A stretch of 63,163 nt of DNA, counting the filler, from Octopus bimaculoides (Eukaryota), in the NCBI RefSeq assembly GCF_001194135.2. It is 5 parts of 4 records of this genome, joined end to end, with 100 filler letters (N's around TTAATTAATTAA, not from the genome) between each part and the next. Parts side by side here need not be neighbours in the genome. Positions count along the whole stretch, not along the records: positions 1 to 20,678 come from NC_068983.1; positions 20,779 to 31,350 come from NC_068982.1; 3 more parts are not named here. One strand, written 5' to 3'. Made by a program: the position numbers and the translations under genes. The notes under the pieces are model-generated. The model saw nothing but the letters and a program-made list of their open reading frames with translations, was not told the origin of the DNA and made no database searches. Every line of letters begins with the position of its first letter. Positions within the stretch are counted from its first letter, which is position 1. Positions 12,904 through 22,738 of the stretch are shown one piece after another.

Positions 12904-13108
12904 TATTTCTATTCTAATCACAAGGCCTTGAAAATTTTGGGGGAAGGAGGCTAGTCGATTACATTGAACCTAGTGGGTAACTGGTACTTATTTCATTGAC
13001 CCTTAAAGGATGAAAGGCAAAGTCAACCTCAGTGGAATTTGAACTCAGAATGTAGCAGCAGACGAAATACATTTTGTCTGTCTTGCTAATGATTCTGCCA
13101 GCTCACCC
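12904..13108 (-). mobile_element. Family B SINE (right arm of inverted pair)
   Basis: reverse complement of family B ending gattctgccagctcacc. Confidence 0.85.
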
Positions 13109-13144
13109 TTTTCCTGGTTTTGACAGCTAGCAAGGCCAAGCTAC

Positions 13145-13187
13145 TCCAGACTGATGAAGAGCAACAACCCTGAAACTAGTCTCTGGA
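13145..13187 (+). ncRNA. Minimal type-I hammerhead ribozyme fold
   Basis: TCCAGA-CTGATGA-AGAG caacaa CCCT-GAAA-CTAGT-C-TCTGGA: 6-bp stem I, palindromic ACTAGT stem III, GUC site, one mismatch in stem II. Confidence 0.8.
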
Positions 13188-14330
13188 TGCTGCCTTTGTT
13201 GGGTAGAGGTGCCTATCTCCCCTGTTTGAAAACTCAAGGACACAGGACGCTTGTGTCATGTAGCCAACTATAAATGGTGTTTCTTGGGGTTAAATAGCCA
13301 TAGCATTCTTCCCTTTCCTGGGACTGCTACAAACCATCACTTTTTTTTTTCTTCTGTAAATAATATTTTTATGGCTACATTTTGAATGTGGACATGAGCA
13401 AAATTGATTTTGGATTCATCATCATCATCCAGTGTTTTAAATCTGGGTTTTGTCCCCGTTAATGGGGGTGGCCGGATCTACCTCAATGCCATAGCAACTG
13501 CCCTCACACCATCTCGCCCGGTTTTGTATTGTTGTTGATAATTACTTTATTGAGCCTTGACAAATGACAAAGACAATCTTTACTGAATATGAGATTAAAA
13601 AAAACACACAAAGCAGAAAAATTGATACAGTAGATACCCAATGTAGCTATCAACCCATTGTGCAACCTCCATTACTTTTAGTTCATCTCCCTTGCTGTAT
13701 TTGACAAGAATTGTCTTAACACGAAAGACTTTTCTTTTCATTAAGGGTGTAATTTTGATAATTAAAAAATAATTTTGACAAAGTAAAACAAATATATTAG
13801 CCAGGACTTAACTGTTATTTGTGCAGAAGGCATTTCTGAAAAACGTTTTGTTTTTTTCATGTCATTAGATTTTATGATGATGATAATATGGTGAGGAAAC
13901 TATCATGTAAAATATCCTAAGGTATTTTGTTGTATCTTGGGAGGGTAATTATGTCAACAATAAACACATGCACTGGTTCTACTCCACTTCTTTATTATTC
14001 GTTAATTGGTTAACAATTTAACCAATTATCTAATTGATTATTATTTAAATCATTTGGTAATCAGTCAACCAGTTACTTTTGTCAAAGCCCTTTAATTGCC
14101 ATTTGCCATGTCTTCAATGATAGACCCTCTCTACTATAGGTTTGTCTGCTTGTCTCTTGGATAATTTTATGTAGTTACATGGATGTGAGTACGAATATAT
14201 GTGAGAAGAGGGGGGGAGAGAGAAAGAGAGAGCATATGTGTTTGTTGGTATAGCTGATTCTGTGAGTAAGTGCATTAGAGAGAACACATGTATACATCAA
14301 GATATTTTACAATCTGTATATGATGCTTAC

Positions 14331-14400
14331 TTGAGCATCCATACTGGGTCTTCTTTTGACAGCATCTTTGCGTTTCAGCCGTTTTGACAAAGTAGACATC
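14331..14400 (-). CDS. Exon ((R)MSTLSKRLKRKDAVKRRPSMDAQ)
   Basis: aatgtttcag|G acceptor, CAA|gtaagc donor, 70 nt, phase 2-0 matches flanking exons. Confidence 0.8.
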
Positions 14401-14646
14401 CTGAAACATTAATGAAATATAAATTTTAATTGTGAGAAATTATAAATATTAATTAACAGAAAGAAATGAAATAGCAGACAGAAGAGTTTGGGATTAACCG
14501 TTTTGTTATGATATTTGTGTTTGAAATACGCTGCTTTTATTTCAATTTATTTTTTAAAAAAATTTTTTTTTTAAATGAAGAATTCTGTAAAACAGCTTTC
14601 ACTGGTGTTTGAAATTTTGAAGACTTTAATTTAGAACACTTTAAAC

Positions 14647-14988
14647 CAGTGGTTATCACCCAGGGTCCAAATGGCCCCTGAGGGTCCCCGTAAGATTTTT
14701 GGGGGTCCACACAACAAAATAGTAAATTGGGGATCCATAATAGGATTTTAAGGGCCTCTGAAAAAAATTTCTCTTTAGATGTATGTATTGCAAGAAACGG
14801 TCAGGTTTCTTTCTCTAACATTTTACATAGTTCAAACTGCACAAGCTAATGTGTGCAAAACAAAATAGGAATTTTGAAAGAAGTATCTATAAAACTAGTT
14901 TTTAAATGTCGAATTGCTATTGGGGGTCCCACCAGAATAAAATAGTAATCAAAGGGGTCCATAGATAAAAAGTGGTTGAGAACCCCTG
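14647..14988. mobile_element. Non-autonomous hAT (Charlie/MER5-like) MITE
   Basis: TIRs cagtggttatcac / ttgagaacccctg; perfect 8-bp TSD ctttaaac at 14639-14646 and 14989-14996. Confidence 0.85.
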
Positions 14989-15139
14989 CTTTAAACCATA
15001 AAGTTTGTATGATAGAGTGGTCTCAGGTAGGTTGATATCAAAAGGGTCAAACATATTTGATAGATCATAAGGCACACTCTACAACAGCACTAAAAAATTT
15101 CCAGAAAGTCAGCCTGCATCTTATAAACACAAGAATCAG

Positions 15140-15491
15140 GGGCTTAGGTCCTAGGTCTAGTCTCACTGCATGACACCTTGGGCAAATGACTTCTATTATA
15201 GCCTTGGGCCGACCAAAGCCTTGTGAGTGGATTTGATAGATGGAAACTGAAAGAAGCCCGTCCTATATANNNNNNNNNNTATGTATGTGTGTATATGTTT
15301 GTGTCTGTGTTTGTCCCCCCAACATCGCTTGACAACTGATGCTGGTGTGTGTGTTTACCTCCCCATAACTTAGTGGTTTGGCAAAAAAGAACTGATAGAA
15401 TAAGCACTAGGCTTATAAAGAATAAGTCCTGGGGTTGATCTGCTCAACTAAATGCAGTGCCCCAGCATGGCCACAGTCAAATGACTGAAAC

Positions 15492-15500
<9 letters not shown>
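15140..15500 (+). mobile_element. Family C SINE with poly-A tail
   Basis: gggcaaatgacttctattatagccttgggccgacc...gcatggccacagtcaaatgactgaaacaagtaaaaa. Confidence 0.85.
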
Positions 15501-15523
<23 letters not shown>

Positions 15524-16475
15524 GAATACTAGATAGGAGAGTCCTAGATATATCATGCCTGAAAAAACAATGCAGACAAAACAAGAATAAAAAAAAAAGA
15601 CAAAAAAGGCCAAACCACTGAACTGCATTTTTTAGATAACAACAATATAGAGGGGCACTTTTGTCTGTATATGACACCATAAATGTGGTTAAAAAGAACA
15701 GCATTGTAAAGCATCAAGAATTTGATGATAGTGTGGAAGGAAAAGTAATTGGGCTAATGGTAAGAGTGTTGGACTCCTGATTGTATAATTGTGGTTTCAA
15801 TTTCTGGACAAGGTAGTGCATTGTATACTGGAACAAAGTACTTTATTTCAAATGACTCCAGTCCACCTAACTGAAAAGGAGTTCCAGTAATAGCTGAGTT
15901 AACCTTGTGATGGACTATTGACCCATTGTGAGAGGAGCAGTGTTCTCTTGTTCACTTATAAACCATAGTAACCGGAATAAGTTCCATCTTAATAATCATG
16001 TAGTTTTTCTGACAGACTTAAGACATACATGAATGGTAATGACTGCTTTTATTTAAAAACAAAACAAAAATTTCAATAGTGACAAAGAAAATTGTTGAGG
16101 TACTTCAATATTATTTTGAGGAAGGAACTGAATGAGAAACTAAATACATTTCTATTTTAATAAATTAACCAAAAGGAGGAGACAGGGCTCATGTCTCAGA
16201 TAGCCTCTGTAGGCTTTCCATGATAATCTCAGAGGATCCCTGAAGGCTCTCTGAGATTGGTAAGATTGATATGTTTGATGTTGGGTGCCTTCATAGTCAG
16301 TGGGTGCACCATGTACAAGGGATTGGTAAGTTCTCGAAAGTAACAGTTCTGGTGAGGAAGGAATAGTTGATGTGTTCAGTGCAGTGTTTGGAATGGAGGA
16401 GTGAGCATGGAGAGGATAAGCAATTAGCGAGCTCATATAAGCAAGGACCCTAGCAGTAGAAATAGAAGTAGTTAC

Positions 16476-16695
16476 CGTGCTGATGCATTATGTTTCACAA
16501 AGTGAGAGGTAATTTCTTCAGACACATCACTACGTCTATAGTCTGGTTCTGGTTCTGGTTCTGGTGTTGGTCCATATTCTACATAGTCTGGTTCTGGTTC
16601 TGGTTCTGGGAATTCCAATTCCACTTGTTCTTCATCACTTATGTTAAGATCACATGTGAACTGGGGTTCCGTTTCAAAATCACTCTTGAAGCTAT
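16476..16695 (-). CDS. Exon ((D)SFKSDFETEPQFTCDLNISDEEQVELEFPEPEPEPDYVEYGPTPEPEPEPDYRRSDVSEEITSHFVKHNASA(R))
   Basis: tttcttttcaag|AT acceptor, CG|gtaact donor, 220 nt, phase 1-2, open frame joining both neighbours. Confidence 0.8.
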
Positions 16696-16753
16696 CTTGA
16701 AAAGAAATACAATTAAAAGTCCATTAACTCAGAGCCATAAAAAAAAGAGTACA

Positions 16754-16797
<44 letters not shown>

Positions 16798-16918
16798 AGA
16801 ATGATGACATATTGCCTAATTGTTACAGAGTTATAAACTTATGAGTAAAAGGGCTGGGGTTCAGTTCCTGAACCAGGCAGTGCATTATATTTTTGAGAAA
16901 GGTACTTCATTTCACACT

Positions 16919-16979
<61 letters not shown>

Positions 16980-17370
16980 TCTAGTTGTATCTTGGCTGTG
17001 CTACTGGATGAATAGTGAGGGAGCCAAGGGGGTATCTATGTTTGCTCATGACTACATAAGCACCTGAAACAATTAGTGAAAACATGATATATATTTCTAA
17101 ACCATAATCACTGTGTGAGGATGGCTTAAACATGCAGTGCTCACAAGTGACTGGCTGTACTTATACTAATATAGAAAAATTCTTTAAATTTGTTTCTTTT
17201 TTTGGTGGGGGTCTGAAAATTCAATTTTTTTTAGTAGCATATTTTAAATCTGTATCACTAAAATGATCTCTAAGTCATTTTAGTTAGCAGAAATATCAGA
17301 CAAAGTTCCCTCAAATCAAACAATCATACTCTACCATTCAAAAAGACACACTGGATAATGTAACCCTGAA

Positions 17371-17778
17371 TAAATTATATTTAAAAAAAATTACAATAAG
17401 GGCATTGAATAATTACAACGCCAGTCTGCTAGAAGTAGACCCCAAATACTCTAGGAACCACTTGAATTATTATTCCACTACCACAAGGCTGTAAGTGAGG
17501 AAAATAGATAGCGAAGATTATAATTTGGATAGTACCATGTCTATAGATTTCACAGTTTGAGTTATTGATTGGAAAGGGTTTTTAATAACTCAAACCATGA
17601 AATCTATAGATATGGTACTATCCAAATTATTTTATAAATCCTCAGTCTATTTTCCTTGCTTACAACCTTGTGGTAGTGGAGTAATAATCTAAGAAGTTCC
17701 TAGACCATTTGGGGTCTACTTCCAGCAGACTGGTGTTGTAATTATTCAACGCCCTTATTGTAATTTTAATATAAATTA
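17371..17778. repeat. Long imperfect inverted repeat (~190-bp arms, ~17-nt loop)
   Basis: aaaattacaataagggcattgaataattacaacgccagtctgc... vs ...gcagactggtgttgtaattattcaacgcccttattgtaatttt; centre ttgagttatt/aataactcaa. Confidence 0.9.
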
Positions 17779-18296
17779 ACCATTATGGTATTTTAGTATG
17801 CTGGCCACTGATAAATCATTAAATAATGACTTTATCCTAATTACATATATTTTAAAAAAAGAGATGCAATGGTCACATTTGTAATATCTTTGATGATAAA
17901 CTTATTCAATGAAGGCTTATGATATGAAAGACCTGTGTTTTGGTTTCATCTCCACCTCAACTTTTCATTTAAAGTGTTCCTTTCCATGACATTTTGGACA
18001 TTATTACCTTGAATCCTGGAACTTGGTTTCCATGGTATATAAATGACTGGCATCACAGATGCAGCATGAAGTTTTTTGTCAGTGAGCAGGTCGCGGTTTC
18101 AGAATGATGAAAATATTTTGACACAAATTAAGTTTAAATTTTGAAGTGAATCTAACAGTTTTTTGTGTGTTCTTAAATGGCTCACAAACATCTTCCATGC
18201 TGCAATTGTTTTTGAAAATTAAATGTTGAAGTGAATCTAACAGTTTTTTTTTGTTTTCCTTGAATGGCTAACAAAGTATTTTCGAAGCTGCAATTG

Positions 18297-18332
<36 letters not shown>

Positions 18333-19302
18333 ACACATAATGTAAAGAAAACCCCAAAACCCTTGTGAAAATAGCAACCCAGGATTTCATGGATGAAATA
18401 CAAATCAGATCAACTTCAACATAAAAAAAACCATTGTCTTATGCATATCAAAAAATTATGTCAGTATTAGATAGATGTGTCTTAATTTCAGCTAAGATGT
18501 ATTTTTTTAAATGCGGAGAGCAAGAAAAAACGTCACTCCAAGTAGTTAAACATTCATTCGAGGTCCTTAAGTACTTCAGAAGGTGTGAGGAGAGGGTGAT
18601 ATATGAGTGACCGGCATCACACTGTTCCTCCTGAATGGGATACCAGCTGTTACAGGACTACTCATGTACAGCTGAGTGGACTGGAGCAACATGAAATAAA
18701 GAGCTTTGTTTAAGAACACAATGCATGCCCAGTCAAAGAAGAAAAACTATGATTTTGCAATAATGAGGACAACGTCCTCATGGTGTCTACAGCTGGATGC
18801 CCTTCCTAATGCTAACCACTTTACAGATTGTACTGGGTGCTTTTTATAAGGCACCCTCACCATTGCATTTTATGTGACACCATCACCAGTAATTTTTATG
18901 TGGCACCATCACCAGTGCTTTTTATGTGGCACCTGTACCCAGATTGTAAAAGAATAATGTTGTCTATATGTTGGCTCTGTGAACAGAATTAAGGGTTTGG
19001 TCCCACAGTGTGGATGGATACTGTCAGCTGGTGTCTACCACTATACCTATGACTTGAGAGTGAAACTGATAGACAAAACCTGAAAGAAACCTGTCTTACA
19101 CACATACACACACACACATGCACATACAGAGAGGCTTCTCTCCTAGTTTTCATTCACTTATTTCACTTACAAGATATTGGCCAAACTGCACCTATAACAG
19201 AAGACAGCATCCAATAGTGACCATGCATTGAGAGTGAATTTGAAGCTGTCAGGCTCTGAAACAAATTTTTCAAATACATAGCCATGCTTTATATATATTC
19301 TT

Positions 19303-19515
19303 TTCTATTCTAGGCACAAGGCCTGAAATTTTGGGGGAGGGGACCAGTTGATTAGATCGACCGCAGTACGCAACTGGTACTTAATTTATCAATCCTGAAA
19401 GGATGAAAGCAAAGTCAACCTCGGCGGAATTTGAACTCAGAACTTAAAGACAGTTGAAATACCACTAAGCATTTTGCCTGGCGTGCTAACGTTTCTACCA
19501 GCTTGCTGCCTTGCC
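19303..19515 (-). mobile_element. Family B SINE
   Basis: reverse complement of family B consensus. Confidence 0.85.
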
Positions 19516-19638
19516 TTGTACATATTCTATCAAAATAATGAGTTAGCTACCTGTATGCCATAATTTTACTCAAGCAGAGCCAAAGAGTGGAGATATAATT
19601 AATAACAACAATTATAAAAATAAAAGGAGCTTAGTTAC

Positions 19639-19762
19639 CTCTGAAAGGGAATACATCAATAACCAGGTGCCCTTGGTACCCTTCTTGCTTATGAATGCGT
19701 ATATCACAGACTCTGCAGAACACAGATTTGCCCGTTTCTGCACACATTGGATGATGACACTC
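19639..19762 (-). CDS. Exon with PLEKHG5-like N-terminal Zn-binding motif (ECHHPMCAETGKSVFCRVCDIRIHKQEGYQGHLVIDVFPFR)
   Basis: ttttatttccattgtag|GAG acceptor, AGA G|gtaact donor, 124 nt, phase 0-1; resembles (from memory) PLEKHG5 CHHPEC...CEACDSKFH...YDGHVRFD. Confidence 0.75.
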
Positions 19763-20258
19763 CTACAATGGAAATAAAATTCATCTTGAGACATACTTAG
19801 ACAGGATAATAAATTTAAACAAAGAAGATAATAACATCTATAAGATTTGAAACAACAATGAGCAAAAAGTATCAAATATTAAGAAGAAGCATATTGATAT
19901 TTGGCAATATGTTGGTATGTTTACTTTTATATGTTTACTATGCATTTAGATGTCTGAAATATTTTTACATAAGTGTAGACATGGTTGAGTGGTTGAGAAG
20001 CTTCCAGTGGGGATGGGGGGAGTGGGGGAGAGGCAGACAGGCAGGCAGATAGATAAATAGATAGACAGACAGATAAAGATATAGACAAAGTGATATATAT
20101 ACACTGATAGATAGATAGATACATACATACATACATACATACATAGAAATACCTAGATAGATAAATATTTAATAATAAGTGTAGAAATTGATATTAATCA
20201 ATTAAAACCAGTGGTCTAGCATATTTAAAAAAAAAACGAAGATTAAAATTATATTACA

Positions 20259-20410
20259 TACAAAATTAAGTGGAATGACCAGCAAAAGTGGACTCCTATA
20301 TGCTAGAAATAGATGCCAAATCACAACATATTCTTCGTGGTTAGGTGATTTGGCATCTATTTCTAGCATATAGGAGTCCACTTTTGCTGGTCATTCCTCT
20401 TAATTTTGTA
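20259..20410. repeat. Near-perfect hairpin, 66-bp arms, 20-nt loop
   Basis: 20259-20324 is the reverse complement of 20345-20410 with one mismatch. Confidence 0.95.
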
Positions 20411-20457
20411 GATAGATAGATAGATAGATACAAACATACATACATACATAGAAATAG

Positions 20458-20678
20458 TTACTCTTTTACTTGTTTCAGTCATTTGACTGTGGCCATGCTG
20501 GAGCACCACCTTTAGTCGAGCAAATCGACCCCAGGACTTATTCTTTGTAAGCCTAGTACTTATTCTATTGGTCTCTTTTGCGGAACCGCTAAGTTACGGG
20601 GACGTAAACACACCAACATCAGTTGTCAAGCGATGTTGGGGGGACAAACACAGACACACAAACACATGCAGAGAGAGA
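20458..20678 (-). mobile_element. Family C SINE 3' half
   Basis: ttacttgtttcagtcatttgactgtggccatgctggagcacc... Confidence 0.85.
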
Positions 20679-20778
20679 NNNNNNNNNNNNNNNNNNNNNN
20701 NNNNNNNNNNNNNNNNNNNNNNTTAATTAATTAANNNNNNNNNNNNNNNNNNNNNNNNNNNNNNNNNNNNNNNNNNNN
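20679..20778. other. Assembly join spacer (44 N + TTAATTAATTAA + 44 N)
   Basis: identical 100-nt spacer also at 31351-31450, 56483-56582 and 60692-60791; the 12-mer puts stops in all six frames. Confidence 0.9.
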
Positions 20779-20789
20779 ATATATACATT

Positions 20790-21110
20790 CTTTTATTTGT
20801 TTCAGTCATTCTTTGTGAGCCTGGTACTTATCCTATCGGTATCTTTTGCCGAACCACTGAGCTACGGGGACGTAAACACACCGACATCGGTTGTCAAGCG
20901 ATAATGGTGCTATGCAAACACAGACACATATGTATACATATACGACGGGCTTCTTACAGTTTCCCTCTACCAAATTCACTCACAAGGGTTTGGTCGGCAT
21001 GAGGCTGTAGTAGAAAACACTGGTCCAAGGTGCCACACAGTGGGACTGAACCCGAAACCATGTGGTTGGTAAGCAAGCTACTTACCACACACCCATGTCT
21101 GCGGCTATAC
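20790..21110 (-). mobile_element. Family C SINE, near full length
   Basis: ends ...gggactgaacccgaaaccatgtggttggtaagcaagctacttaccacac (reverse complement of tRNA-like head). Confidence 0.85.
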
Positions 21111-21276
21111 ATATGCATATATAGAATAGTCTTTGTTGTTTACACATAATGTAACTATGGCGATGATGATAAGATACTTTCCAAATATAGTTAGAGTAAT
21201 GAGTAGGCAATTATTATTTTTAAATCTTACAACGCGAGATATTCAGCAACAGTACTTTGTAGTAATGATTGTTTGC

Positions 21277-21562
21277 CAACATAACATGGCAGTCCTGGTT
21301 TAGGACGAATGTTGCTGTAATTTATCCCCAGGAGACATCGTCTCCAGTTGGCTATACGACACGATCTGTGTCCTTATATGAAGGGAAATAACCCGGAAAT
21401 CATGATACACAGATATTGCTTTGATCTGAGTGGGGGATGCTACATTCCCTTGTTCGATAATATAAGGATGCAGACCGTATCGTATAACCAGCTGGAGACG
21501 ATGTCTCCTGGGGCTAAATTACAGCAACATTCGTCCTAAAACAGGACTGCCATGTTATGTTG
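21277..21562 (+). mobile_element. Penelope-like repeat with inverted 5' segment (~103-bp arms) and truncated hammerhead
   Basis: arms 21277-21379 / 21460-21562; spacer starts tgaagggaaataacccggaaatcatgatacacag (hammerhead of the 7473-7517 copy lacking its 5' part). Confidence 0.65.
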
Positions 21563-22235
21563 CCATAATGAGTACGAGTTCCAAACTTTTGTTATATCTT
21601 CTTTGAAAATGAAAATGCATTCCATGTCATTAAAAGCGAGAATTTTTGTTAAACAATAGCGTATACGTAATTGAAGAATATTTTAGTCATTACACGGAGA
21701 AAAATATTTCGATTTCGGAAAATGACATGAAGTATTTAACATTTTGAATTTCAATTCATTTCTTCGTATACTAAATGCATATTTACTAAAGAAAGTTTGA
21801 GGCTTAAGATGATATAAGATATGACAGAATTTAATCCGATATCATCCCTGTATATTTATTTAACTACAATCTCAAAATAATTTACATGTAATATATTTTA
21901 ATATTTTCTAGAATAATAGGAACTTCATCTACTTAAGAAATTACATATATACTTGTGGATAAACAATAAAGATTTAAAAATGGAGTTAGAAATTTCTTTC
22001 TTTAACAAAATTTATTTAATATTCGTTTTCAACTTTACGAACCACTTTCTCTTTTCTATTCTCTACTCTAGTGAATGAACATGCGCAGAAAATGAATCAA
22101 ATTACAGAAACCTCCATTGTACATTAATGTATTTTACAGCAGAAAAAATCATAGCCACATTAATATGTATCTTTTACGCATTGATAGGGAAATGTTAGAT
22201 TTATAAGCCCTAAAATTCACTCCATAATTGCCCAC

Positions 22236-22430
22236 GGGTATATGGCGTAGTGGTTAAGAGGTCGGGCTACTAACCCCAATATTCCGAGTTCGATACTAGG
22301 CTGTGTCCTGAGTAATAACCTCAAAAAAATACCTTAATACCCAGATTCGAAATTCCCCCAGGACACCTGATGAAGGCTGTAGAGTACATCAGCTGAAACG
22401 TTGTGTTAACAACAAACAAGAGGAGGACCA
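22236..22430 (+). mobile_element. tRNA-headed SINE-like element containing a hammerhead
   Basis: A box TGGCGTAGTGG 22243-22253, B box GAGTTCGATAC 22286-22296, linker, hammerhead 22362-22407; downstream tail also at 34911-34950. Confidence 0.65.
22362..22407 (+). ncRNA. Minimal type-I hammerhead ribozyme fold
   Basis: GACAC-CTGATGA-aGGCTG tagagtacat CAGCT-GAAAC-GT-T-GTGTT; palindromic ACGT stem III. Confidence 0.7.
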
Positions 22431-22666
22431 CAGCAGACAACACAGAGAACAGGTTTTAACAAATACGATCATAATGCCTCTTTTTATCAAAAGAAGTGTC
22501 TTTTACTTGTTTCAGTCATTTGACTGTCTGATCTACTTGTGTCGTTATGTGTCTCCTGTGAAGTTATATGAGATTGCTTAGATTTCAGATGTGAACGTGA
22601 CGAGGCTTCAATTGTCCACACGTATTTTCCTGCATTCCTTAGTACACTATGATTCTTTGAGCTTAC

Positions 22667-22738
22667 ACGACTGTTTCTCTCTGTATCACCTACATTTGGC
22701 ATTACAGCTGTATGAGCAGCCTGCCTGTGTTTGTGCAT
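22667..22738 (-). CDS. Candidate first coding exon (MHKHRQAAHTAVMPNVGDTERNSR)
   Basis: in-frame ATG at 22738 (second at 22702), CGT|gtaagc donor phase 0 matches exon 19762; separated from it by an assembly join. Confidence 0.5.

Noticed and set aside
16152-16436. 94-aa minus ORF close to an exon
   Set aside because: No splice signals fit the gene phase; possibly a very old LINE remnant, but the similarity is too weak to call.
22236-22310. Functional tRNA gene (apparent ACT anticodon)
   Set aside because: Acceptor and T stems pair poorly and the sequence continues into a repeat body; treated as a SINE head.
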